Source: Octopus sinensis (Eukaryota). Taken from it: DNA of 64,000 bases. The notes beneath the pieces were generated by a model. It saw only the letters and a list, made by a program, of their open reading frames with translations, was not told the origin of the DNA and made no database searches. The stretch spans positions 19,964,001-20,028,000 of the forward strand of contig NC_043013.1 in NCBI RefSeq assembly GCF_006345805.1. The letters run 5' to 3'. The translations under genes were made by a program, and so were the position numbers. This document shows positions 1 to 12,055 of the stretch, in pieces. The first letter of the stretch is position 1, and the number at the start of each line of letters is the position of its first letter.

Positions 1-340
1 GCCGTTCCCTCATGGATGGTGGTTTTCCAGAGTGGTCTGTTTTTTGCCGTTTCCTCCCAGTTAGTGAAGTCGATGTCACACTTTCTGAGGTCTGTTTTCA
101 GGGAGTCCTTGTAGCGTTTCTTCTGGTCTCCTATTGTACGCTTGCCGTCTTTGAGTTGGGAGTAGAAGATCTGTTTGGGAAGTCGTTCGTCAGTCATTCT
201 AACCACGTGGCCACCCCATCTTAGTTGGCCTTTGATGACATAGGGTTCGATGCTGGTCATTTTTTCTTATTGTAGCACGCTGACGTTTGTTCCTCTGTCT
301 TCCCAGCTGATGTTAAGGATCTTCCGAAGCCAGCGTTGAT
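1..340 (-). mobile_element. RTE-clade (BovB-like) LINE, C-terminal ORF fragment
   Basis: Manual minus-strand translation gives QRWLRKILNISWEDRGTNVSVLQ*EKMTSIEPYVIKGQLRWGGHVVRMTDERLPKQIFYSQLKDGKRTIGDQKKRYKDSLK. This is the typical post-RT region of RTE elements, with one in-frame stop. Confidence 0.85.
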
Positions 341-477
341 ATCAACCAACGCAGATACCTCCATTAGAAACATAACAAAACAATTTAGGCAGCCCTACTA
401 GATTCATCATTAACGCACACTTATGGACACTTTTTTATATGTATATATCACTTTGATCACTTTGACCGACCAGTCCG

Positions 478-630
478 TCAGGCGTCCATTTGACACCGTT
501 GGTCACAACACGCTGTCCACTCCTCTCTGGATCGCGCCTTTCTCATCCACGTGATCCCAATCGTCCTCTTGAAATCGTCACTCCACCGTCGTGGAGGTCT
601 TCCGGGTGGTCTTTTCCGCTCACGCGCGTA
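478..630 (-). mobile_element. Second, distinct RTE-clade LINE 3' end fragment
   Basis: ERKRPPGRPPRRWSDDFKRTIGITWMRKARSREEW...* matches the RTE C-terminal motif R..GRP..RW.D...W...A..R..W. Confidence 0.75.
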
Positions 631-944
631 CATCTCGAAGCGTATGTATATATATATACATATATATATATACATACCCACACGCATGCACACACGTACA
701 TGCAAATATGCCCAGACATGCTCACACACAACGCACACACAGACACGCACATACATACATACTTATGCATACACTCACACATGTTATGTACCGTTCATAG
801 TTTCGTCATCATTCCGCTCAGAAACACACGCATACCTACTCTCTCTCTCTCTCTCTCTCTCTTACACTGCTTCTGCTACCCATTAGCACAAACACAGACA
901 CACGCACACACACACGCATACACACACACACACACACACACACA

Positions 945-1577
945 CTCACTGCCACTCTTGCGTGTCTATTTGCTTTCGCGTACAGTTGCAAGACATACTT
1001 TGTTACAACCGCCACAGCAAATATTGCGATTTGGCAGAAGAACAAACCAGTTAAGAAGTTGTTAGTTTGAACAAGTTTTGCATTTGTTAACCGTTTTCAT
1101 TTACAGAATAGTACCACTTCAAAGAATCGCTAAATGGATCGGAATTAATGCGAACTAATCAATTAAATGTTGCAATATAACAAGACAAATTCTTTTGATA
1201 CAACAGTTATTAACTAAAACTGTCATAAACACACACACACACACACACAGACACACACACACAGACACACACACACCACACACACACACCACACACTCAC
1301 TGCCACTCTTGCGTGTCTATTTGCTTTCGCGTACAGTTGCAAGACATACTTAGTTACAACCGCCACAGCAAATATTGCGATTTGGCAGAAGAACAAACCA
1401 GTTAAGAAGTTGTTAGTTTGAACAAGTTTTGCATTTGTTAACCGTTTTCATTTACAGAATAGTACCACTTCAGAGAATCGCTAAATGGATCGGAATTAAT
1501 GCGAACTAATCAATTAAATGTATATAACAAGACAAATTCTTTTGATACAACAGTTATTAACTAAAACTGTCATAAAC
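945..1577 (+). repeat. Tandem duplication of a ~285-bp unique segment (period ~351 bp) bounded by (CA)n
   Basis: 945-1230 and 1296-1577 are near-identical (ctcactgccactcttgcgtg...ctgtcataaac). Confidence 0.95.
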
Positions 1578-2333
1578 ACACACACACACACACACAGACA
1601 CACACACACACACACACACATCACACTTGCACTTAGGTAGGAATTATTTATTCGGTATAAATGAGGTAATACACCGTGTAACCTGTGGTTATCGATCACC
1701 AATCAGTAAGTCTAGCCCTCCTTTATCTATTTTTCCCCATCAATTCTAGAATGCTTGATTGCAATCTATTGGTTTAATTATTGATAAAGTGCCCCTGTTT
1801 TCTTTAATGAATAAACATATTAAAATGGTGACGATAGTAAGACCATGTCGATAAAATAATGAACTAATTCTGAAGTCGTAAGTTCAAATCCAATTGAAGT
1901 GTGTTGTATTTCTGATCTACATAATTTATTGTACTTTACATTTAATTAGCCTAGCTTCAGGATATTGCTTGGTGCCTGTTAAAGTACTGGCAAAATTATC
2001 TGTGAGCGAGTAACGCTATATCCAGGGGAGATGTATCTCTCCCAAACAGTTTTACAATACTGCACTTAAGAATACTCGTGATTTTCTAAAACAATGGGAA
2101 AATGGAGTAATTTATGTTATCTCCTGCTTCGTAATAAGATGAGCGCCATCAGATTTACTTGGATCAATAAGATACCACAGTAACTACGTCTTTATGTAAA
2201 AGTATTTTAACAGGCTACACATACAAACATAATCACACTCAATACACACAGCATACAACGTTCCACATATATGCACACATAAAGAAACAGCCATCCATAT
2301 GCTCTCTCCTATATATATATATATATATATATA

Positions 2334-2610
2334 CCGGAGTAAGCACATAAATGTGAAAGAAGGTGGGAAAAAGAGTACTCAAATACCAGAGGTAGAGTAA
2401 TGTGCTTTATTTAAAAGCAGCAGAAATATAACAAAAGCTGTTACTCGGAGTTTCACGTTCCCGTTCGTCGGACAGTTTTAACAAAACTGTCCGACGAATA
2501 TTACTCTACCTCAGGTATTTGAGTACTCTTTTTTCCACTTTTAAATAAAGTATATATATATATATATATATATAACAGATTTTGTTGAATTTCTGCTGCT
2601 TTTAGATAAA

Positions 2611-2611
<1 letters not shown>
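2334..2611. mobile_element. Penelope-like terminus remnant, inverted pair, inserted in (TA)n
   Basis: A 16-bp perfect hairpin (ttcgtcggacagtttt/aaaactgtccgacgaa) and inverted copies of aagagtactcaaatacc..aggtagagtaat are present. It carries a hammerhead motif and has (TA)n on both sides. Confidence 0.65.
2433..2479 (-). ncRNA. Minimal type-I hammerhead ribozyme (U4C core variant)
   Basis: Minus strand reads AAAACUGU-CCGACGA-ACG(GGAA)CGU-GAAA-CUC(C)GAG-UA^ACAGCUUUU. Stems I, II and III all pair; the predicted GUA cleavage is between 2442 and 2441. Confidence 0.7.
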
Positions 2612-2652
<41 letters not shown>

Positions 2653-2899
2653 TTTGTTTCTTATTCCATTGACCTTGAAAGCATAAAAAGCAAAGTCAAC
2701 CTCGGTGACATTTGAACTCAGAAAGTAAAGTTGGAATAAATGTCACTAACACTTTGTTCGTAGCGGTAACGATTCTACTAACACGCAACCTTAGCCTTAG
2801 TATAATTTTTTCTTCTCTAGGCTCAAGGCCCAAAATTTGCGGGGAGGAGGCCATTCGATTAGATTCACCCCAGTATGCAACTGGTACAGACGAAATACA

Positions 2900-3133
2900 T
2901 ATTTCTTTACTACCCACAAGGGGCTAAATACAGATAAGACAAACAAAGACAGACAAACGAATTAAGTCGATTACATTCACTCCAGTGCGTAACTGGTACT
3001 TATTTAATCGACCCCGAAAGGATGAAAGGCAAAGTCGACCTCGGCGGAATTTGAACGCAGAACGTAACGGCAGACGAAATACCACTAAGCATTTCGCCCG
3101 GCGTGCTAACGATTCTGCTAACTCACCGCCTTA
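2900..3133 (-). mobile_element. tRNA-derived SINE, family A
   Basis: Head ggcggtgagttagcagaatcgttagcacgccgggcgaaatgc...gttcaaattccgccgaggtcgac (A/B-box-like) and tail gtagtaaagaaat; many copies in the window. Confidence 0.85.
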
Positions 3134-3214
3134 CAGCATGTTATTTGAAGATGTACCAAGTCATAAATCGGCAACCAGACATGATATAACTTTTACTGTA
3201 TAATTGAAAGAAGC

Positions 3215-3410
3215 CTGTCGTATGTGTGTGCCTGTGTGTGTTGTTTGCTTGTTTGTCCCTTCCACCGCTTGACGACCGGTGCTGGTTTGTTCACATCCCC
3301 ATAACCTGATGGTTCGGCAAAAAGAGAGCGATAGAATAGGTACATGGCTTTAAAAAAAAATAAGTACTCAAGTCGATTCATTCGACCAAAAAGTTCTTTA
3401 CGGTGGTTGA
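3215..3410 (+). mobile_element. SINE family B, 3' half
   Basis: Matches the tail of the full copies at 7390-7800 and 53497-53910 (cgcttgacaaccg..ggttcggcaaaagag). Confidence 0.7.
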
Positions 3411-5149
3411 CCTGCAGGACCAGGACACACTTTTACCAACATAATTATTCCACTTCCTTCAAATGTCTCTGGAAACGAATACCTTAGTTATGATTTAAAT
3501 ACAAAAGACAATACAAACGAATTAATTCGATAATTTTTTTTTTCTAGGTATCTTTAAGATAACTATCCCATACCTGTCGAAGTGAAATCCAAAACGAAAT
3601 GAAAAATGTATGGGAAATGACGAAAGGAAACCCACAATGTCTTGTTATACGTTACGTTTGCAAATTCGTTGCAAATTATAACAGGTGTAAAAACAAATAA
3701 TTAATATTAGTTTATTATTCATATAATTTAGAAAATTAATAATTAGCAACACTTCTTTATTTTCACAAAACAAATTCATTACAATTTTTAATTTAACGAA
3801 TCGTAGTGAGGAACCCACTCACATGCTGAACGCGAATGTGCACAAATTATATTTTCCGTTTCATGTTTTCATTTATGCCGATAAAGACCACCATCTCAAA
3901 CATATCATTTAATTTTATTACTAACTGTATAAATTATGCAACTAAATCTATCGTATTTTGTGAAACGAAATCTTAATATTTGCGTTAAAAAATTTAATTA
4001 TATTATAATACAAAGGAACGTAGAGTATATTCTAAGTGGTGACATCACAAAATAAATACAATTAAATTTATTGCTATTTTATAAACAATTCAATAAAGTA
4101 AGTTACTTCGAGCTCTCTTTCTTCAAAGTTTCATGATTACATTTATAAAGCTGAAGAATATTGTCAAGCTCAGCAAAGTTCCATGATTCTTTTGAAGTTG
4201 AGATTGGTTTTTATAATTTGCTTTAAGGTTTCCAAACTTCTAAACATATTGTCATATTCTTTGCAAAAATCTTTCATCTATTTATTAGCATCTTATTTAA
4301 TTCTGTCTTTGAATACTTGTTCATCTGAAGAAAAATGGTCACCAGAATATAATTCTTCCATATGTCACTCGACCAAGCCATAGAGAAACTTTTTTTTTCT
4401 CTTTCTTAATGTGGGTGGATTATTTCTTCAAAACTAGCTGGCACCCGAGAAGAGGTTCTTTCAAAAATGCTTTGATATTGGAACTATAAAAATGCCCATT
4501 CATACTACATGGTCTTTCTTGTTCCCAACATTGGGAAATAATATCAGGTGTTCCTGACTTTCCTTCCAGTAGTCAAACATAGAAATCACACTTACACCCG
4601 TTGGTGTAATTACCTTTAATTATCATTTTTCACAAGTTTTAAATGTTGCAATTATTTCCTGTTCCATTGGTTCTAATAATACTTTCTGACTTTGGCGTAA
4701 GGGCAGCAAATGTAGGGGAACGGTAGAAAGGCAAAGTCGACATCGATGGGGTCTGAACGCTCAGTCGAAAGAAATGGCGCTAAGCATTTTGTGCAGTGCG
4801 TTAACGATGCTGCCAGCTAGATGCCTAAACGTAATAATGACTTCAAATTTTGGCACAGCGCCAGCAATTTCACGAGATGGGTAAGTCGATTGCTCAACTG
4901 TTTCTTATTCCATTGACCTTGAAAGCATAAAAAGCAAAGTCAACCTCGGTGACATTTGAACTCAGAAAGTAAAGTAGGAATAAATGTCGCTAACACTTTG
5001 TTCGTCGTGGTAACGATTCTACTAACACGCAACCTTAGCCTTAGTATACTTTTTTCTTCTCTAGGTCTAGGCTCAAGGCCCAAAATTTGCGGGGAGGAGG
5101 CCATTCGATTAGATTCACACCAGTATGCAACTGGTACAGACGAAATACC

Positions 5150-5564
5150 TACTTCTTTACTACCCACAAGGGGCTAAACACAGAGAAGACAAACAAGGAC
5201 AGACAAACGAATTAAGTCGATTACATTGACCCCAGTGCGTAACTGGTACTTATTTAATCGACCCAGAAAAGATGAACGGCAAAGTCGACCTCGGTGGAAT
5301 TTGAACTCAAAACGTCGCGGCAGACGAGATACCTATTTCTTTACTACCCACAAGGGGCTAAACACAGAGAGGACAAACAAGCACAGACAAACGGATTAAG
5401 TCAATTATATCGACCCCAGTGCGTAGCTGGTACTTAATTTATCGACCCCGGAATGATGAAAGTCAAAGTTAACCTGGGCGGAATTTGAACTCAGAACGTA
5501 ACGACAGACGAAATGCCGCTAAGCTTTTTTCCCGGCGTGCTAATGATACTGCCAACTCGCTGCC
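5150..5564 (-). mobile_element. SINE family A with duplicated body/tail
   Basis: Two consecutive tail+body units (5150-5333 and 5334-5564). Confidence 0.85.
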
Positions 5565-5849
5565 ATTAACCTTAATGTAATAATGATGTCATATGTGGCC
5601 TAAAAGGTGTTCTCTTGTTTCAGCCATTTAGAATGCGGGCATACTGGAGCATATCTTCACAGCATCATTTGATAATGAGATTCCGAAACAGCTAAAGCTA
5701 GAATGAAGAACACTAAATTCAAGGTTTCTCCGTTTTGAAAATATTTCAGAAACTGGATAAAAATATGTAGAGATTTCTGTTCTGCAAATTGAAATTTTTA
5801 ACGCCCAAGGTCTTTTCTTGGTCCACCAAAATTGGCTTCCTAACGACAT

Positions 5850-5949
5850 AGTGGCAGCCTGGGCAGCTGTCTTCTACTATAGCTTCAGGCCGGTCAAAGC
5901 TTTGTGAGTGGATTTGGTAGACGGAAAGTGAAAGAAACACGTCGTCTAT

Positions 5950-6025
<76 letters not shown>

Positions 6026-6245
6026 TCATCTCTACATGTGTGTTGTGTGTGTGTGTGTTCTGTGCGTGCTTGTCCACTATCACTGCTTGACCACTGGTGT
6101 TGGTCTGTTTACGTCCAGTAGCTTAGCAAAAGCGACCGGTAGAATAAGTAACAGGCTTAACAAAAAGTAAGCATTTGATTAAATAGTCTTCGTGACGGTG
6201 CCCCAACATGGTCGTAGTCTAATGACTGAAACAAGCATAAGATAA
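5850..6245 (+). mobile_element. SINE family B with internal (TATC)n
   Basis: tcttctactatagc..gtgagtggatttggtagacggaaa, then a microsatellite, then the family B tail. Confidence 0.75.
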
Positions 6246-6439
6246 ACGATAAAAGACAATAACCATTGGCTTTTATCTTAAAATCTCTGCTTGTAATTTC
6301 TCCAAACAAAAGAATCACACGGACTTTGCAAACTTAAAACCTGGGAGACATTTTTCAAGATTTCTTCATGTCATTATTTTCCACAGTTATCCGGTTTCGT
6401 CCGTATCAGCCGATCACTACATCTCGTTTGTAATTATTT

Positions 6440-6850
6440 TCTTTTAGATTAAAAAAAAAAGAATGCTTTGCTCTGGATTCTTTATCATCAGTGACTGATT
6501 TTCCGCAAATCTTTACATTGTGTTGCTATATTCTTAATTCCAAAATAAATTAAAACCAACCAGTGCTTCTAATAAATGCCTCACCAGTGATTGTTTGATT
6601 AACATTGTGCTTATCACGGCTGGAAATATACTGAAGCCTTCTGCCTGAATAGTACTTTTTGATTGCAATCTTCAATCCATTCGGCAACAATACGTTCATT
6701 CCATTTCTAACATCGCATTGCTTTTGTTTCTTATAGTTGTTTCCAAACCGTAGGCATCTGATACCAATTTATCACTTTCTATTATTTTAGCTTCATAGTT
6801 TAATAGCTTTCTTCCAGTTGATTCATGCATTCCGAAACATCTGCTCGTTT
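6440..6850 (-). mobile_element. Degenerate Tigger/pogo-like transposase N-terminal fragment
   Basis: Manual translation across frameshifts gives ..AYGLETTIRNKS..ERIVAEWIEDCNQK..KA..F..GEAFIRSTGWF*F..NVKICGKSVTDD. This resembles the CENP-B-type HTH and ASxGWF motifs of Tigger transposases. Confidence 0.5.
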
Positions 6851-7003
6851 TTGAATGGCCGTCTCAACGAATATGATTCTCTGCACCGTCAGATTTTTGC
6901 TCCAATCAATGAGGAAGTTCCATTTTATACAATAAGAATACTTTTAGTACAAGTTTTTTCATGATTTTTTTTTATTTACATATATTGAAGGTGGTTCATA
7001 TTT

Positions 7004-7037
<34 letters not shown>

Positions 7038-7343
7038 GCAACAGCAATAGCAGCTCTATTTCAATATGCATAAATAACAGCGGTGTCACGTGATGACGGG
7101 ATGAGAGATAAAGCTGATCGGTGATTAGTGCAGAGATCACGTGAGAAACATTTTAATTTTCGAAAAAATAGAAAATTCGAAAGAGATAGAAGTCCTGCTA
7201 TTTGAATCACGGATACTCACACGGACACACATACATTTGGATGCATATATGTGTTGGGGGGAGGGTATGTGTGTATGTGTATCTATCTATCTATCTAGCT
7301 AGCTAGCTATCAATCTGTCCGTCTGTTTATCTCTCTCTATCTA

Positions 7344-7389
<46 letters not shown>

Positions 7390-7608
7390 CTCTTTTTTTA
7401 CTCTTTTTACTTGTTTCAGTCATTTGACTGTGGCCATGCTGGAGCACCGCTTTTACTCGAGCAAATCGAACCCAGGACTTATTCTTTGTAAGCCTAGTAC
7501 TTATTCTATCGGTCTCTTTTGCCGGACCGCTAAGTTACGCGGACATAAACACACCAGCATCGGTTGTCAAGCGGTGTTGGGGGTACAAACACAGACACAC
7601 AAACGTAT

Positions 7609-7654
<46 letters not shown>

Positions 7655-7800
7655 GACGGATTCTTTCAGTTTCCGTCTACCAAATCCACTCACAAGGCTT
7701 TGGTCAGCCCGAGGCTATAGTAGAGGACTCTTGCCCAAGGTGCCACGCTGTAGGACTGAACCCGGAACCATGTGGTTGGTAAGCAAGCTACTCCTACGCC
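7390..7800 (-). mobile_element. SINE family B, full length, internal (TA)n
   Basis: tRNA-like head ggcgtaggagtagcttgcttaccaaccacatggttccgggttcagtcc, central domain, microsatellite, tail gactgaaacaagtaaaaagag. Confidence 0.9.
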
Positions 7801-9328
7801 TATATATATATATAGAGAGAGAGATAGATACGCGTATGTATACATACATGTATGCATACATGTATATATATATATATATATATGCTTATATATATTCTTT
7901 TATTCTTTTACTTTTTCCATTCATTTGACTTGGGTCAAGCTGGAGTACCGCGTATATATGCACACAAACACACACACAAGTATAAACCTATATATATAAT
8001 GAATATATATACATATATATATATACTATTTATATTTATATATATGTATATATATACACTCACACAACACACACACACACACACACACACCACATATATA
8101 TATATATATTATATATATATATATTATTAGATAGAGAGAAGAGAGAGAGAGAGAACAGACACCTGGAGATTCAAAGATCTTTAGTCGTTATATCTCCGGC
8201 TGCCGTTCCCCTATTTATCTTATAGATTAAGAAATGGGACTTCAAGGCACTTTCAACGGACAGTCGAGACCCCCGTAGATGTGAGAAAAGCATCATACTA
8301 GTGTAGACATCCAGATAGGCTAGAGAATTGCTGGTTTATTTGAGAGAGATGAAAAATAGCAATCAGGACAGTTATTTGAGCAGAGTCCGAGGAGCCCGTG
8401 GTGATACCAAAGAGATCTACAGAGTAATAGCTATCAAAAGTCAATCGTATTTTTCTGGCTGCTAAAATAATGTTGTTCGATCAAGAGAGAGGTGCACGGT
8501 TGCTTGCAATGATCGAACGTACCCCAAAGGTCACCGTATGTTTTTTTTAAGAATTTGAATCTTTCTATGTCATTTGAAAACAGCGCTAAGGTAACTTTCT
8601 GTTTAGATGTGACTATTGACTTAGATGCGGACCACTGTTAACCTTACCAGAAACAGAAAGTCCTTATTGCGGCTCAGCTTTTTACTTACTATTTAGCATT
8701 GCTAGCACTATTTTCCTTTGACCTTTTCCATTGCACCATATTCTCATCTTAGCATACCTTCCTCCGTTGCTCCCACCACTACACTATGCCTTCATTGCTT
8801 ATCTCCTCCTCTCTCATCAGTTGCCATTTCTAACTGACTTATTGTCTGCTTACAATACGTTCACCACCAGTGAGGTTTGCTTCACCATACTGATATTAAA
8901 CTAACTTTCTTATTTAATATCTTTGTTTCCACACCACTATTCCTTCTTTCTTCTGTTGTAGAAATCCTTCTCCCTCTCTCTGCTTTTCCTTATTGTTTTA
9001 CCTCCACTCTTTCTTCAACCGATTAGATATTTGACACTACTCTACACTTTTGCTAATATTCTCTTGACGAGGGAAACCGGACTTATTGTAATATCCCAGT
9101 TTGAACGTTTATTTGTTGTATGCCAATGAAAATTTTGCATGCCCCATCTGCGAATTATGACTCATATGGTTATTTCGTAACTCCGAGCTTCCTGAAACAG
9201 CTCTTGAGTTAGGAAATCGTGTATTTTCCTCATATTTTTCTGTATTTTTTGTGTCCCATGAAAATCCATAGACACACACACACACACACACAAGCACACA
9301 AGCACACACACTCATATGTGCATGTATG

Positions 9329-9364
<36 letters not shown>

Positions 9365-9664
9365 GTGTGTGTGTGTGTGTGTGTGTTTGTCCCTGAATAT
9401 ATACATACATACATGCGCATATATATATATATATATACACCAGCACTATTGTATATGATATTCTCCTATATAGTATTTTACACTAGTTTTTGCCCTATAA
9501 AATTAAGTTCACTAATAATTTACACTGACCCAATTTTGCCTTTAATATATGTGTATTCTTACACAATCGCATAAATAAGTATATTTATTCACATTTATAG
9601 AAACATACACACGCACACATATATGCATATGTTCGTGTGCGTATATATGCATGTGTATATACAT

Positions 9665-9698
<34 letters not shown>

Positions 9699-9939
9699 GT
9701 ATGTATATAGCTATGCATTTAGACATATGAAATGTCGGTGGAGAAGCTCATAAAGATGTTGAATGTAAAGCATCCGAAAGTGTGATATCTAAATATATAT
9801 ATGCGAAAAAAGATAAAAAATAAAATGTGATGGTCAAATATACACGTTTATCTAAAGAGTGAAGAAAACGGTATGTACGCTTGGATAACTGTAATTTATA
9901 TATGTTTAAATCGACACTTCCGCATATACGCGTGCAAAA

Positions 9940-9973
9940 TGACGCGTAATGTATATAATATATATATATATTA

Positions 9974-10010
<37 letters not shown>

Positions 10011-10247
10011 GTGTGTGTGTGTGTGTATGTATATATATATATATATATATAGATATATATATACATATATATCTATGTATATACGTATATATGTATATAC
10101 ATATATATGTATATACGTATATGTATATATAATATGTATATACGTATATACATATACATATATATATGTATGTATATACGTATATACATATATATTATTT
10201 ATATATGCACACACAAACACATATTTACATATATATATGTATATGTT

Positions 10248-10290
<43 letters not shown>

Positions 10291-10344
10291 GTATATATAT
10301 ATATATGTGTGTCTGTGTGTGTGTGTATATATACACACACACTC

Positions 10345-10395
<51 letters not shown>

Positions 10396-10415
10396 ATATA
10401 TATAATATATATATA
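9940..10415. repeat. Compound (TA)n/(CA)n microsatellite
   Basis: Direct inspection. Confidence 0.95.
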
Positions 10416-10581
10416 TAGGCGCAGGAATAGCTATGTGATAAGTAGTGCTTACCAGCCACATGGTTTCTGGTTCAGTCCCACTGTAGTGGCGCCTTGGTCA
10501 AGTGTATTTTACTATAGCCTCGGGCCGACCAAATCCTTGTGAGTGGATTTGGTAGACGGAAACTTAAAGACGCTCGCCGTA
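10416..10581 (+). mobile_element. SINE family B, 5' half (3' half at 11298-11490)
   Basis: Head ggcgcaggaatagctatgtgataagtag..gttcagtcccactg; ends at the internal TA tract. Confidence 0.85.
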
Positions 10582-10642
10582 TACATACATATATATATAT
10601 ATATATAATATACGCGAGAAAGAAGCAACAAGAATGGATAGT

Positions 10643-10733
10643 TTTTAGTACGATCGTTTCATACAAGGACAGGTTTTATTAAAAGTTGCAAAGATTACAG
10701 CATATAAACGAGTCCCGTACTCATCAGCTAAAA
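10643..10733 (-). ncRNA. Mirror-image hammerhead ribozyme on the minus strand
   Basis: Reverse-complement arm of the palindrome, with all core elements intact. Confidence 0.8.
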
Positions 10734-10752
10734 TACATGTAACTTACATGTA

Positions 10753-10842
10753 TTTTAGCTGATGAGTACGGGACTCGTTTATATGCTGTAATCTTTGCAA
10801 CTTTTAATAAACCTGTCCTTGTATGAAACGATCGTACTAAAA
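10753..10842 (+). ncRNA. Type-I hammerhead ribozyme with extended stem II and palindromic stem III loop
   Basis: UUUUAG-CUGAUGA(10759-65)-stem II (GUACGGGAC..GUCCUUGUAU, plus GUUUAU/AUAAAC)-GAAA(10825-28)-C(GAUC)G-UA^CUAAAA. The core is canonical, with a GUA site after 10836 and a 6-bp stem I. Confidence 0.85.
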
Positions 10843-11258
10843 ACCTATCCATTCTTGTTGCTTCTTTCTCGCTTATAATCACCACACATTACTGTATTGT
10901 TAAATCAGTATAGTTTTTTTGGTGCATCTAAGTTAGGTACCATATTCAAGTAAATTTTTTTAAATTAACTTGAATCTTTATTGCTCTTTGTATATATATA
11001 TATATATATATATATAGCAAACTTTGGTTGCAGAACAAACATATCACATCTCGAATATTTAATCACATAATGTTTTTTCTTACACATAGAATATAAATGC
11101 ATATAATCACAGAATTCATTTATACAAGCATATAAGAGAAACGTGTGAGTAGCGTCCATCGCGATTAAAAATTACCTTTTAAGAGAAGAGCAAAACATAT
11201 TATGAAAAACCAGTGTCTAAGCAATAAAGAAACCATATTTACATCCCCTTCATTATTG

Positions 11259-11297
<39 letters not shown>

Positions 11298-11301
<4 letters not shown>

Positions 11302-11490
11302 TCGGTTTCTGTGTCCCCCCCCCCCAACATCGCTTGACAAACGATGCTGGTGCGCTTACGTCCCCGTAACTTAGCGGTTCGGCAAAAGAGACCGATAGAA
11401 TTTGGTTCCGGGGATCGATTTGCTTGACTGAAGGCGGTGCTTCAGCATGGCCGCAGTCAAATGACTGAAACAAATAAAAGATATAAACGA
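11298..11490 (+). mobile_element. SINE family B, 3' half
   Basis: ccccaacatcgcttgacaaacgatgctggtg..gactgaaacaaataaaag. Confidence 0.85.
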
Positions 11491-11841
11491 ATAGAAAGAA
11501 GATATATACATACACACATAATCACACGTAAATATAAATATATATTTCCATATGTATGTGTGTACCTGCGTTTATGCTTTTCCGTGTTGTATTTTGATGT
11601 ATGGTAATTTACTTACGCATACACATGTATAAATCTACATACATATATGTGCATAATCACACACATACAGACATACCTGTTTAGACACACACACAATCAC
11701 TCAGACACGTGCATTACCTGTATTGCATTAGAATTTTGGATCTTTATGTGTTTTGTCAATATAATTAAATATATGAATATGCCCAACAGCGTATTTTATA
11801 GAATATATTTCATCTACCTCTTCGAATATCTTGATAAGTAG

Positions 11842-12055
11842 CTATTTCTTTACTACCCATAAAGGGCTAAACACAGAGGGGACAAAAAAGGACGGAGAAG
11901 TGGATTAAGTCGATTAAATCGACCCCAGTGCGTAACTGGTACTTCATTTATCGACCCCGAAAGGATGAAAGGGAAAGTCGACCTCGGCGGAATTTGAACT
12001 CAGAACGTAACGGCAGACGAAATACGGCTACGTATTTCGCCCGGCGTGCTAACGT
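11842..12055 (-). mobile_element. SINE family A
   Basis: High identity to the other family A copies. Confidence 0.9.

Larger units (their letters stand above)
10614..10872. mobile_element. Near-perfect 259-bp palindrome (two ~129-bp arms) of Penelope-like termini
   Basis: Arms 10614-10742 and 10744-10872 differ by about two 1-nt indels around a 1-nt apex; each arm carries a hammerhead. Confidence 0.8.

Noticed and set aside
8140-9100. Possible old LINE (L2/CR1) remnant
   Set aside because: No diagnostic motif could be recovered by manual translation.
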